NCBI GenBank assembly: GCA_051294905.1
Contig: CM119371.1
Coordinates: 12,154,001 to 12,218,000, forward strand
DNA from: Botryllus schlosseri
Taxonomy: Eukaryota
Length of the DNA stretch: 64,000 nt
Reading direction: 5' to 3'
Both the position numbers and the translations under genes were made by a program. The notes below the pieces were generated by a model, which was not told where the DNA came from, did no database searches, and was given only the letters and a program-made list of their open reading frames with translations. Within the stretch, counting starts at the first letter, position 1, and the number at the start of each line of letters is the position of its first letter. Below, piece after piece: positions 1 through 12,887 of this stretch.

Positions 1-375
1 AGGTAACATTTTGGAATAATTTGACTGGTTCAGCCCGTGAGCGATATGAAGGTTTGAATCGGGCCAGCGACGCAAGTCGAGTTTGACCCCCTGATCTAAA
101 TCCCACCCTCATATCATGACAATTTCATTCAGACGCCAGCATGAAATAGAAAATATGTCTGCGATCGATGATGGAAAAATCAGGCTTCGATGCACGATGC
201 GTTTTTAATTGACGAATAGGTTATGAGTTTACTGCTGGAAGTCACGCTAGTTATAGTGGACGACTTTGAACTCGCATGTTAATTATACGGTCCGTGGAGC
301 ACTCACTCGGGCCAGACATGCATCTTGCAATTTACATACGACATATTAATTCAAGTGTTTTGTGCGTTTACTCAC

Positions 376-683
376 TTGCGTTCTTTCTTTCAGACACGCC
401 GTAATGATCGCCACAAGATCATCGTTTATGTTGCAGTCATACAAACCCAAGTACATCAGACTTTCACTCCTTGCTGCAAGCGATCCAACGATATGAGCCT
501 CATCGCGACTCAATGAGATCTGAGATGCAATGATATCAGAAATTTGTCTCATAAGATCGTCTTCTCCTGATTCATAGATTGCTGTATACAGTTCCATGCG
601 AACGCGCTCGTTGTCCTCATTCTCCTTGAGTTGCGAAAGAATCTTTACGGCGAGAAATCGTTCTCTCAGCGACCGATTTGAGA
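376..683 (-). CDS. NLR-like gene, exon encoding HD2-like region and first LRR-like repeat
   Basis: Translation ...RVRMELYTAIYESGEDDLMRQISDII...IVGSLAARSESLMYLGLYDCNINDD resembles the NLR HD2 (LELFxCLYESQ) and RI-type LRR (LxxLxLxxCxI) patterns. Acceptor tttgcttgacag at 684 (phase 1) and donor CAA|gtgagt at 375 (phase 0). Phase matches the NACHT exon donor. Confidence 0.8.
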
Positions 684-1996
684 CTGTCAAGCAAATATTG
701 CACCTCACTATATGATATTACAATTGAGTACACAGAAACCACAGTTTTCACAGAAGAACAGCCAAGTGGACGGATTGAAGGCACCTTTGCCCACATATTC
801 TTGACTCGGACACCTGTTTACACAACGACACAATGAATTCAAGACGCTATCTCATTAGTGAAATATCGAATCTAAAGTTGCATCGGTAAAATTTACAATT
901 ACCCGTCGGAGATTATTCGACTGCCTACGCGACCTAATGTACGCATGCCGACAGAATATGAAAAATTTCTGATTGCATTGATCTCTTACTGCATTGTGAC
1001 CGTATAGTGCGAAAGAGCATGAATTCAGTAAGCTCGTTGGATCCATGCCCACCATATTGTCAAGCGTTTTAGATTGTTTTCCTACAATTAAATTCCTCGA
1101 AATTATTTTGAAACTTAGCAAAATAAATATTTATTACAAGCATTCTCAGTAGGAAGAACAGCGACTTGGAGCCATTCGTAAAAGTTGCATTACATCACAA
1201 TATATTACGTATACATGTTGATCGCATATATTTTATCGCCCATGCACTAGATTTCAAATTTCTACCCGTTCAGCAAGATACTGCAGTCTGTTAATAACGA
1301 CTTGTTTATTTGTTGCACTCATTAGAATACATATTGCATTCCAATATCAAATTTTCAAGCATACTAGCGGCCATCCCGATTCCGTAACTACCTTGGTTCA
1401 ATTCCATTTATCGCAAAGCCACAGAAGCTGTGTTCACCTCATTTTTCGGAGACAGACGTTTTTAAAGCACAGTCACCGTCGCTGTAAGGCCATGAGCAAT
1501 ATGAGCATCTTTTTGAATTTGCACATATATACCAAGGAAAATATGACTGGCGATGCGCACAATGATTTGAGTATTCTAATCCGAATTGAGAAGGCCTAAT
1601 CAAATAGCACAAGATTTTTTAGAGTTCCGAAATTATATGCCTCAATACACTGAGAGTTATGTTATCCTCGATAATTATAGTTTCGAGGAACGTGGAAGCC
1701 TTGAAACCTCAAGTGCTTACATCACAACATCCAAAACGAAGTAGTAGTGCGAAGCTACGCACGCTATCGGGCATGATATTTATGTGAGGTCGTAATAAAA
1801 CTAGGGCATGGTATGGTATGGAACGAGGGTTTTTCATACACCATACTTGCCTTACTCTCTCCATACCATACTTGCAATTTTCCATACCATACCAACATTG
1901 TTCCATACAATACTTGAAACATATTCCATACTTTCAGATACCTCAATATCATAAGTATAGTACCTTTTCTAGCACCTGAACTATTGATATTTCTGA

Positions 1997-3814
1997 CAGG
2001 GCATGGTATGGTATGGTATGGTATGGAAGTATGGTATGGTATGGATCGATATTTTGGTATGGAATATGGAATGGAAGATTTTAATCTATGGTATGGAACG
2101 ACATTTCCATACTTCCATACTTTGATGTTTTATAGATTTTATCGTGATCTGTGCAAGCTTCATGAAGCGTACGTTGTTCGCTGTTCACGGAATACGATCG
2201 CTTTTGTTATGTGTGAACGTAAACTATTGAACGCTGTGTAGGAACAAATAGGCCTACACGCTTATGCAACGGTTTTAGGAGCATTTGGAATGACATTATT
2301 TAGTGATGTAATAATGACAACAGTAATGTTGATCCTATATTCTAATAGAATCTATTGAGTCTAAACACGACGTCTCCGAGCATAGTCTATCATGTGACGC
2401 AATAATTGGTAATGTAGGCTACTCCAACTAAAACTCATTCCTTGAGTGACGACAGCTTACAAGCAATCATGATGTAAGGTACTAAATGCTCAATGTGATT
2501 GATAATTACATTTCTTCTGAAACATTGTCCGCACATTTATACTATTTACATACCGAGATATCTTATTGGTCATATTTCAAACGCTCTCGAATTAGGATTA
2601 TAGATCAGCTAGTGGGATAAATATATAGTTTGAACTTCTCGCCACGCTAACCCCAACCAAATACTGTACTAATACTCAGGCAGATCGCTGCAGTATTGAT
2701 CGCCTGCAGCCGGGATATTTTATGGGTGCGCCTATATTTTAAATTATGAGCGAGTAGTTACTTCAAACTTGCATGTGCCTCATGCCAATGTGCCGGACAT
2801 TCGATGATATTCTTGTGGAGCAGGGGCGGGTAACTTCTTCAGTTGGCGGGCCGGATATAGGAAAATTAGGAACTTGGCGGGCCGGATTGCTGAATGGATC
2901 AATTATTCGCCCATATATACAAGGAAGAAATTGTATTTAATGAATGTATTTTGTCGACTGCAATGTCACTTCAAAGCCATTTCTCGCCCATAATGACAAT
3001 ACAATATGGATTTGAGAACAGCATTGTCGTACACGTGCAGGCACCGCAATGTCTGCTTCTCTCTGATCAACTAACTCACGGTGCAATCCTTGATTAAGAT
3101 TTAAAACGTTTGATAGGCCCGGCACCCAAAATTTACCAAGATATCAATTCATTAGGGTTGAGTGCATCGTTAGTGCCGATAATGCAAGTCTTCTCGCTTC
3201 GACGAACTTACGCGTAAGCTCCACTCTCGTACGCTGCGCAGTGCGCACACCTATATAATAACATACAGTCACTAAAATTTGACGTTTAGGCAAGTAGTGG
3301 GGAATCTCGGCAGACTTGGGCCGCGGGCCGGAAGACGGGAAATTGTAAGACGGGAAAGACGGGAAATTGTCCGCGGGCCGGACAAAATATTGTTGGGGGC
3401 CGCATCCGGTCCGCGGGTCATATGTTGCCACTCCCTTTTATGGACGGTCCTAGATAACAATCAGCTGACTATCTCATTTTTCTCGTGGAAGCTGTAGAGT
3501 AGACGTACACGGCACCTCACCATCGTGAACTAAATCTCACCAAAACATACTCTGTAAAACTACGTATTACCAGGAATTAGATTCGCATCACGGCTAGTTT
3601 AAGCAATAATGACATCCGAAATATCAATAATATAGGTGCTATAAAAGGTACTATACTTATGATATGGAAGTATTTGAAAGTATGGAATATGTATCAAGTA
3701 TGGTATGGAACAATGTTGGTATGGTGTGGAAAATTGCAAGTATGGTATGGAGAGAGTAAGGCAAGTATGGAGTATGGAAAATTCTCGTTCCATACCATAC
3801 CATACCATGCCCTG
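1997..3814. mobile_element. Second copy of the same (TATGG)n element, inserted in inverted orientation inside the first
   Basis: TIR CAGGGCATGGTATGG...CCATACCATGCCCTG; perfect TSD ATTTCTGA at 1989-1996 and 3815-3822. Confidence 0.9.
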
Positions 3815-4994
3815 ATTTCTGATGTCATTATTGCTTAAACTAGCCATGATGCGAATCTAATTCCCGGTAATATCGTTTTACAGAGTCTGTTTTGGTGAGG
3901 TTTAGTTCACGGTGGTGTGGTGCCGTGTACGTCTACTCTACAGCTTCTGCGAGCAAAATGAGATAATCGGTAGATTGTTATCTGGGACCGTCCATAAAAG
4001 GGACGGGCAACATACGGCCTGCGGGCCGGATGCGGCCCGCTACGTGATTTTGTCCGGCCCACGGACAGTTTCCCGTCTTACATGATAATGTGGCCCGGGG
4101 CTCCAGTCTCCCGAGATTTCCCACTACTTGCCTAAACGTCAAATTTTAGTGACTGTATGTTAATATTTACGTGTGCGCACTGCGCAGCGTGCAAGAGTGG
4201 AGCTTACGCGTAAGTTCGTCGAAGCGAGAAGACTTGCACTATCGCCATCGGCCTTTATGATGTACTCAACCCTAATGAATTGATATCTTGGTAAATTTTG
4301 GGTACCGGGCTTATCAAATGATTTGAAATCTTGATTAAGGATTGCACCGTGAGTTAGTTGATCAGAGAAGCAGACATGGCGGCTATGACAATACTGTTCT
4401 CAAATCCACATTATGTTCGTCATTATCGGCGAGAAATGGATCTGAAGTGACATTGCTATCGTTACAATACTTTCATTAAATTTGATTTGTTCCTTGTGTA
4501 TATGAATGAATAATGTATCGATTCAGCAATCCAGCCCGCCAAGTTTCTCATTTTCCCGCCGATTGGAGAAGTTGTCCGCCCATGCTCCATAAGAATATCA
4601 TCGCATTTCCGGTACATTGGCATGATGCCGATGCAAGTTTGAAGTAAATATTTACAAATAATTCATAATATAGGCCCACCCATAAAATATCCCAGCTGCA
4701 GGCGATCAATACAGCAGCGATCTGCGTGATTATTAGTACAGTATTTGGTTGGGGTTAGTGTGGCGAGAATTACAAACTACATATACCCCACTCCCTGATC
4801 TATAATCCTAATGCGAGAGCGTTTGAAATATGACCAATAAAATATCTCGGTATGTAAATAGTGTAAATGTGCGGACAATGTTTCAGAGGAAATGTCATTA
4901 TCAATCACATTGAGCAATTAGTAGGCTATGTTGCATCAAGATTGCTTGTAAGCTGTCGTCACTCAAGGAATGAGGTAGTTGGAGTAGCCTACAT

Positions 4995-7186
4995 CAGTCG
5001 TTCTCAACCGCCGGTCCGCGGACCGGTGCCGGTCCGCCAGACATTTTGTAATTTTATACTTAATAGCAAAATGAAATAAGTAGAAGGCTTATAAATGGAT
5101 AAAATGAGCAACACATCACATTTAAAACTGAATAAAAACATCCCCATTTTATTCGTACTACGCATTTCGTAGTACGTTTGGTTGTAGTGGGAAATGAGCA
5201 AAGGGGTTTGTCCCGACTCCGAAACGCTTCTTCTCTCGACATTATCGAATCGAAGAAAAATACTCAAGTTGGGGTATTCCCGGGGCTCCCCACCTAGGGG
5301 TCACGACCCCAACGGGTCCGTTGACCTATTCTACGTAGTCGCGGGCACAGAAATTAAATACCAATGACCATTGCAAGAATGCCATTAAACCGGGTTCTAT
5401 CGGCAGTTCATTTCTGAATATTCTAGTTCATTTTGCAACATAGAAAAAAACGACCTCGGAAAAATGCGAACTTGGTAAACAAGGTATCGGGTCAGTCGAA
5501 GGGTCATACTAAAACGCCACTCACTCTAACGTAAGGTTGGCATCTGGCCACCTCTATTAAAATTCAAATGTCTTGAGGCTAGAAATCAATGGGATGGTAA
5601 TTTTCCTTCCAGGAAAACTATAAGTGACCGATAGTGATATGTGTTAACATAGTGGTTCTCAAACTGGGTCCCGAGGTTCGTTTGGGGTCTGCGAGAAATG
5701 TTCCGAAAAATTCAAACAATCCGAAAAAAACTAAATTTTGGAATATAAAAATATTCAGGCAAATTATTGTTAAATCAAACTCGATGGTAGCCGACATAAT
5801 ATCATTAATCAAGATAAAGTAGAATATTTTAGTGCTAAATTATTCAATTTTAAATTTGAGTTTCGCCTTGCGCGCTTTAGTTTCACTACGCATTTCTCAA
5901 TTTTATTGTGCGTATTCCCACCCAGGAACAAAATACGCATAGATTTACAGAATTGAAATCTAAAGAATATTCCTGCATTCGCAATGATGCGAGCATCGCT
6001 TAAGGCCGTTGAAATACTTTAATCTAGGAACGCGTAAAGCGTGACTGCATTATCGGCATTCCGGCGCTGAACGTTACGCGTCACGACACACTACGACATA
6101 GACCGGTTTTGCCAACAAACGACTTCACGAGAAGTGCGCTGGAAAATATCACTGGCGGCATGTTGGCCGGAACCGTCGATATTGATCTGTTCAGGCACTG
6201 AAATAGTCGTCACGGAATAGTCCTAATCTAAGCCGCGCGCGGAGGAAAATAATTCTCCCAGTGTTAAAATGCGAATTGCAAAATGATTTTTTCTCCAATA
6301 TTATTCGATTAGCCACAATAATTACCTGGGTTTACGAAATAACAACATGCTTCAACAAATTAATTACTGTAATATTGACAAAATGTATACTCCCTAAAAG
6401 ACTTCGCGAAAGGGTAGTATTGAAATTACCGGATGCGATAAGAGGGGTCTGAAGAATTCTTTCCCAGAAATTAAATTGATCGCCCTTTGACGACCAAGCC
6501 CACCGTTTATGGGTGTTTGCGTTAATTTGGTAAGGCGCCGTGAGTCATACAAAAGATTGCGAAGCGACCGTTTCGTGAAGTTTTCGTAAAAGTTTGAGAA
6601 CCAGAGTTAACAGAACAAACAAACACCTTGAGCGCGGCCGAGCAACTTAGAAATTGTTGTCTGCATTTCGCGCGACGTAGAATTTCACGTAGCAGTATTC
6701 GACTTCTTTGACTCGATATAGATAGAAATCGTTCCAAAACATGAATGTATTGGTATATAGTCTGGGACGGAGAACGAGATTGATACGCACATGGTCGTCA
6801 AGACCATAGGAGTACGTTTGGGCGGGGGGAGTGATCACCATTTTTTGTAGTCAGCACGCCAAATTGAGAGGTGAGGTCGCGGGACATTTTCAAAATGGTA
6901 TCAGGTGTCTTGAGGTTGCGACCATAAAAGGGTTGGGCTCCCCTGTTGTAGTCGGTTAATCCAAGGCCTTCGGCCTTCGGCACACTACCACATAATTTCA
7001 TGAATGCCGTCATGAACACAAATTAAACTCTCAAAATGTCACTCTCTAGTGGCATTACAAAAAATGGTTGCATGCTTTTATCGCAATTGCAATTCGGGTT
7101 TATTCAATTTTTGAAGATCCACCGGTCCGCCGACTATTTTTTGAAATTTTACCGGTCCGCGAGCTCAAAAAGGTTGAGAACCACTG
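4995..7186. mobile_element. Non-autonomous hAT (Buster/Charlie-like) element
   Basis: TIR CAGTCGTTCTCAACC...GGTTGAGAACCACTG; perfect TSD GCCTACAT (4987-4994, 7187-7194); the empty site is visible in the sister copy at 2412-2419. Confidence 0.9.
5650..6604. mobile_element. hAT-type element nested in 4995-7186
   Basis: TAGTGGTTCTCAAAC...GTTTGAGAACCAG; flanks tgttaaca/agttaaca; right TIR is degraded. Confidence 0.6.
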
Positions 7187-8056
7187 GCCTACATTACCAA
7201 TTATTGCGTCACCTGATAGACTATGCTCGGAGACGTCTTGTCTAGACTCAGTAGAAAATAGGATCAACATTACTGTTGTCATTATTACATCACAGGATCA
7301 TGTCATTACAAGTGCTCTTATAAAACCGTTGCACAAGCGTGTATACTGTATATGTTCCTACACAGCATTCAATAGTTCACGTTCATACACACACGACAAA
7401 AGCGATCGTACTCCGTTAACAGCGAACAACGTAAGCTTCCTAAAGCTTGCACAGATCACGATAAAATACCAAAGTAAGGGAGTATGGAAATGTCGTTCCA
7501 TACCATAGATTAAAATCTTCCATTCCATACCATACTTGCATTGTTCCGTATTCCATACCAAAATATCGATCCATATCATACCATACCATACTTCCATACC
7601 ATACCATACCATACCCTGGATAAAACTACAGCATAGTCGCTAAGTCTAGTGTGGTCGGTATGATCGAAAATACCAAATTATGTTCATGTGGTATAGAAGT
7701 AGTACTATTTTCCTTGTGGCTTTGCGTATCATACAGTTAGTGGTGATGCTATGAGTGATACTTGAATACTCGACTAGACTTGTCCAGCCTATGAATAGAA
7801 ACGCAACGCTGGAATCCACAATGTCATTTGCTGCTGAGCAGCGTAAAACCAGCATAATCAGTACTCCTACAGATGGTGATCCGAACGTTAACAGTAACTA
7901 AGCAGATCTTAAACGATAACAGATTCCAAAAATATAATATTTGAGTCCTGCCAGGGCAATGAAACCACCCCGAATAGCACTGAAAGTCGTGAAATTGGCA
8001 TTGTTCGAGCAATCGGACCGCCACTACACCATGACAATAGCAATGGCCTATCGGTG

Positions 8057-8320
8057 GGTCGAGATAGCGCAGTGGTATATTCCGCGGCTGCAACACCAAT
8101 GGGTTGCGGGTTCGAGTCCGACCAAGGTCGACTTCAGAATTCCTACACCTAAGTGTTTAAGGTTTTTCTAGGCTCCTCCCCGCCGTCTCATCCGCGTAGC
8201 GTTGTCTTACAAAAAGAAGTAAGCCGTGCAATAAGTTGAGATGGAATAAAAAATGAAGAATTTCGGTCTGGTGTAAATGACCATTGTATTCGACAAACAC
8301 CACGAATACCTCAAAAGAAA
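8057..8320 (+). mobile_element. tRNA-derived SINE
   Basis: A box TAGCGCAGTGG (8065-8075), B box GGTTCGAGTCC (8109-8119); body and tail (tgtaaatgacca...aatacc) shared with copies near 40450 and 56675. Confidence 0.75.
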
Positions 8321-9896
8321 TGGCAAATTGCGTCGAGCGATTGTTCGGAACAATGAACGATCACAGTTGGTAAACTAGACTCAAACCGTAAGACTCAGCT
8401 CACAATTGAATCACTCCGATACTTAATATATGAAAAGACCACACTCGCTCCTAGAGGCGGATAATTCACAGCCTTGTGTTTAATGGGAGTTTTCTTATGG
8501 ATTCATATTTTATCATATGATTTTGCAAGTAGCTCATAGGCGTATTTCGTCGTTATGTACCTGGCAAATTGTAGCCGCCGTACTGCCCTAAGGTGTCGCT
8601 GTGGCTCCTTCACACTCCCGCCCAGCAAGGAAGTGGACTCAGTGTCATTGTTACCTCACAGCGGTAACTTGGTTTGACGTATCGTGGTGTAGGCCTAACT
8701 CACTGTTTCGTGCACGTGCGTTAGTGGTAGGATCGTGCTGGCATTAGTTCACTTGATAGAATAGGATTAGTAAGGCTCTTGCATTGCTAGAATATGGTTA
8801 ATTCATTCATTGTCTCACTGTTTTGATATCTTGTTACAGTCAAAGTAAATCTATAAATATAAAAAAAAACGGAAGACACATTGTCAAGTAAGATGCCTTT
8901 TATTTGATTAGCCTAGGACGTACTTGCCAATGCTTATTGTATTTCATTTTTAATAGAAAACACGCACCAACAAAGCGAGTCTTTTGCTCTGTGCCGAAAG
9001 GGAATATAAGCAGCCAGATATTTCAATCCACCCTGTGGCGCGATCTGTGGGTTGCGGCTACACAAATGAATGCCGGCAATTCAAGATGTGATCTAACCGT
9101 TAGGCCTATTAGTGATATCTCGAGGAAAGAGTTATGTCGTATACTGCCCAAAAATAGGAAAATCTGACATAATCATGAACAGTGTCAGTTCAAATATCAC
9201 AGTAATATAATTTTGTTTTGCGGGTTTCGCAATTTACAAATGACGAATACGGTTTCACTGCATTCTATCTGTCTTGAAATTGAATCGATGTTCTTGGTAA
9301 ACGTATTCAGGAGATAAATATGATCCTTCTGCAGTCAGAGATGCCACTCCTGGGTTTTCCCACCCAGATCTGGGTTTTTCGAGCATCACCTGGGTTTCTG
9401 GGTTTTTGTGCTAGAAATCTGGGTTTTTTCAACATCATGTTTGTCAGGTCAATTTTGAGGCGCAAAATTGATTATTAGCTTGATAAGATCTTATAACATC
9501 GACGGATTGTACTGTGATTGAGTCTAAAGAGACCCATTTACTATTAAAATGAGAGGTCTTGGCGTGATGAGAGAGCTTAATTGAATACTGACTACTAGGT
9601 CACAGAAAGTCATTTTCACAAGGCAACTCTGGAGCATTTGTTTTGCAATTTAAAACGATTTAGGACTTGAATGTTAGCGCTGCAACAAATTCGTTGTGTG
9701 TCAGTAAATAGTATGTAACTGCTGTAAAGTATGCAATTAATGCACAGGAAAGACCAAATGTTGATCTAACTAATTAACCATGTTGACATCAGAGTATATT
9801 CATTTTCAACAGGGACACTCAAAGAGACAGTTTGGGCACCCGGGCAAGTTATTATTCTGAGGGAGAGGGGTTTGTCAAATTCAAATGTACCCTTAA

Positions 9897-10841
9897 CCCT
9901 TTTAATGGGGGGGGTCACTGGTGACCCAAGTTCAAGTTCATCCCGCAATTTCTCCAGAGATATATGTCGTAGCGGACTGCTTTTGGTTTCTATGAAAAGC
10001 CTGCTATCTTCTGATTAATATGATACCTAATTTGAAGGTACAGGGCATGAAAATTTTCGAATACCGACGATCTTACATGAAGAGTTCGGCTGAAAATACC
10101 CATACCTAAAATTTCCAGATATTTTCCGAGTGGAAAATATAGTCAGAAATTCTGCCAGAACATAGGAAGTCGACTTGTACGGTATTCTGTGTGATTTATC
10201 ACCGTTTGGAACATCAAACCTTGTTCTGGGGCGTTTTCTGAGGGGGTTTGGTAATTGTGGTCACGCTTCGGTGATTTTCAAGAACATAGCCAAGTTCAAG
10301 ACGGAAAATGAGTCATAAACTGGTTTACTATGCCTGCAAATAGTGGGATATGACAAGAGAAAGTATACCACGTTGTTTTATGCCATTAACCGGGTGGTAG
10401 GGGTCCGATTCGGTATTGATCTTGAACTTGACCATTATGACCACTCACTGACCACGCCCATATGTAAATTTTTCATGTAATATTGATTTTTCGATGTCTG
10501 GCGAGCCGCGCGGTTTACGGTCATGGTTGACGGCTTGTTTGAAACCAGGCAACGGTGGCTACGCACTGAGGCATCATTTTTGACTCTCTGACGCCATCCT
10601 GGGGGCCAGAGGGGAGAAATGAGAGAGAGAAAGAGATTTTTCAGAGAAAAAGTTTGTATATTTAGTCGTATAAAGAACCCTAGACATGGCATGGGGTGTC
10701 GATCGAGGGTGGAAACGGTAGACGGCTATACTCCGGCCACTTTTAAACTGGAATAACTCAGATTAAGGTCTTGGTGAGGTCACGGTATGAATTTGAAAAG
10801 TGATGGTCAGTTCTGCAAAATCGGACCCCCCATTAAAAGGG
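9897..10841. mobile_element. Non-autonomous piggyBac-type element
   Basis: TTAA on both flanks (9893-9896, 10842-10845); TIR CCCTTTTAATGGGGGG...CCCCCCATTAAAAGGG. Confidence 0.85.
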
Positions 10842-10886
10842 TTAATTTCACGATATTCATCCACCACATTTTTGATACGTTGTGGC

Positions 10887-11381
10887 TAGGGCTGGGCAAA
10901 ATCGAGTACCCGAGTGATTCGATTCTGAATCACGTAAAATGCTTCGAGTCGAGTCGAGTAATCGAGTACCACTCATTATGACGTCATAACAGAATGTTAT
11001 AAGTCAGAGTTCAATTAGGTACCTTTAATGCGACCACAAAGAATATAATTCCTGTTATCCATCACATTAAACATAATTAGGCATTTTTTTCGACCATACC
11101 GATTTCATTGCACTCGGTGACAATATCGTGTCACATTTCCAGTAACGTTCGTAGGTTTGTACTATATGTTACGTATGCTACGATATGGCCAATCACGATT
11201 TCCAGGCTTCAACAGTGAAAATTAGTATCGAAACTATAATTCTCGTTGATAAATTAACTTTCAGTGGCGAGGAGCGTAGAATTTCAGTACTCGAAAAAAT
11301 CGTCTTTTACTACTCGACTCGAATCATTAAAATTAATACTCGATTCAGATTCGAGTACTCGAATCATTGTGCCCAGCCCTA
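10887..11381 (+). mobile_element. ~0.5 kb hAT-type MITE, TAGGGCTGGGCA family (copy 1 of 5)
   Basis: TIR TAGGGCTGGGCA...TGCCCAGCCCTA; perfect TSD GTTGTGGC; TCGAGTA subterminal repeats. Confidence 0.9.
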
Positions 11382-12887
11382 GTTGTGGCAATAACTATTT
11401 AGTAAAACGCAGCATTATGGTATTGATGTCGGAAATATGATTTATAAATTTATTTTATAATATATCACAATTAGTCCATATGTATAGGCTACCGAAATAT
11501 CTATATAATTTCATCCGTATCGTTGGGTAGTCGAAACATCTGGAAGCAATGAATCAGCCAATCTTTCGCAGAAGAAGAACAGCTAATTGCTTTACGCAAC
11601 GACCGTATTCTAGGACGCTGCTTCTACAGAAAAAATAGATGATTTTTTGTCGTCTACATCCCTAACCATAATCGATACAAAAGCAATCAAGATTATCTCA
11701 ATCTATGTTGGTATAAACAGGCACGCAGCCATCGTTTTTAAAACGTGAAATATTTGTAAAGCGACATTTCTATTGTGGTGCAATCTGGATAAGTTAGGGA
11801 ACCACTGCGGTAAATATATACGAATGTTGACGAATACACTACAATATTTTGATTACCGAAATAAATTTGGGGGTATTCGAGCTCCAGTTACGCTACGTCA
11901 CTGTGTGCGATTTGAGTTCAGTTTATGTATAATTCCGATATTTCGAATTTCACTAAATTGCAATTGATTGAAAAACTGGGAAAGCGACGGAACGACTTGG
12001 TATCCTGATCACGTCGAGTAGCCTATACGCTGCCTGAGTAACCCAGGCCTACGTCTTTTTGTGTCTGTGTATTGCGGGCATTAAAGTGTATGGGTTCAAC
12101 GTTATCGTCGTCAACTTGAGAATAGGGATTGTCTCAACCCTGAAATATCGCTATAATGTATTTAGAATTGCTTTTGATACGTCATGAAAGAATTTGAAAT
12201 ACAGCAAAGCTAGCAGATGAAAGTAAAACGTAAGCATGCTGAGCACAGATATTCGCAAACCTTGAAGTTGAATTTCGTGGAGTCTTCAAGTGACCTTGAA
12301 CGAAACGAGTTATCCGAGTACATGACTAATATGTGCGTCCGTTCTTTTTCGACTAAACATCCCAGATAAAAGTGCTTGTCCCAGGTTTAATGAATCGAAA
12401 GCTATTTTTAATCTCTCTGGTCAGCTCACAGTCACTGGAACTACCCTAAAATCATCCTCATCATAGATGAGGATTAGCATTGTGACAAACATTACGAATA
12501 TATAATAAACTACGTATTGACCCCCCCCCCCCTCCATACCGAATACCCGTAGCAATGTGTCGAGAGGAAAGCATCATATTTCGATGAATTTGCTCATTTA
12601 ACTGAGCAAAATGTATAGTATGAAAATGCACAGTTGGGATTTCAATATCAAGGGCTAAAACTTCTTCTATGTTCGTATAACTGTCATTGATGACTCTCAG
12701 TCACTGTTTTGCAGCTATATCATATAAATTTGAGTGAAATATAGGATCTGGGTTTTTCTGGGTTTTTTCAACGTCCAAATCTGGGTTTTTCCAAAATATC
12801 TCAGTGGCATCTCTGTCTGCAGTGAATCATGCGAAATCAAGTTAATCAAGCGAATCACAAAAAACTATATTCTCTGATGAGACCTAC

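Larger units (their letters stand above)
1802..7618. mobile_element. Non-autonomous hAT-type element with (TATGG)n subterminal repeats; host of nested insertions
   Basis: Ends TAGGGCATGGTATGG...CCATACCATACCCTG; flanks aataaaac/gataaaac (7/8 TSD); internal sequence colinear with the reverse complement of 1997-3814. Confidence 0.85.
9336..12815. mobile_element. Non-autonomous TIR element (hAT-type) with CTGGGTTTT subterminal repeats
   Basis: TIR CAGAGATGCCACT...AGTGGCATCTCTG; perfect TSD TCTGCAGT (9328-9335, 12816-12823). Confidence 0.9.

Noticed and set aside
1997..2120. (TATGG)n, (CCGACT)n and (GAGTC)n arrays as CRISPR or satellite repeats
   Set aside because: Units are 5-6 nt without unique spacers, sit at ends of TIR elements with TSDs, no cas genes are present, and the DNA is eukaryotic.
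8057..8125. Functional tRNA gene
   Set aside because: A and B boxes are present but no convincing cloverleaf; it continues into a body shared by three dispersed copies, so it is a SINE.
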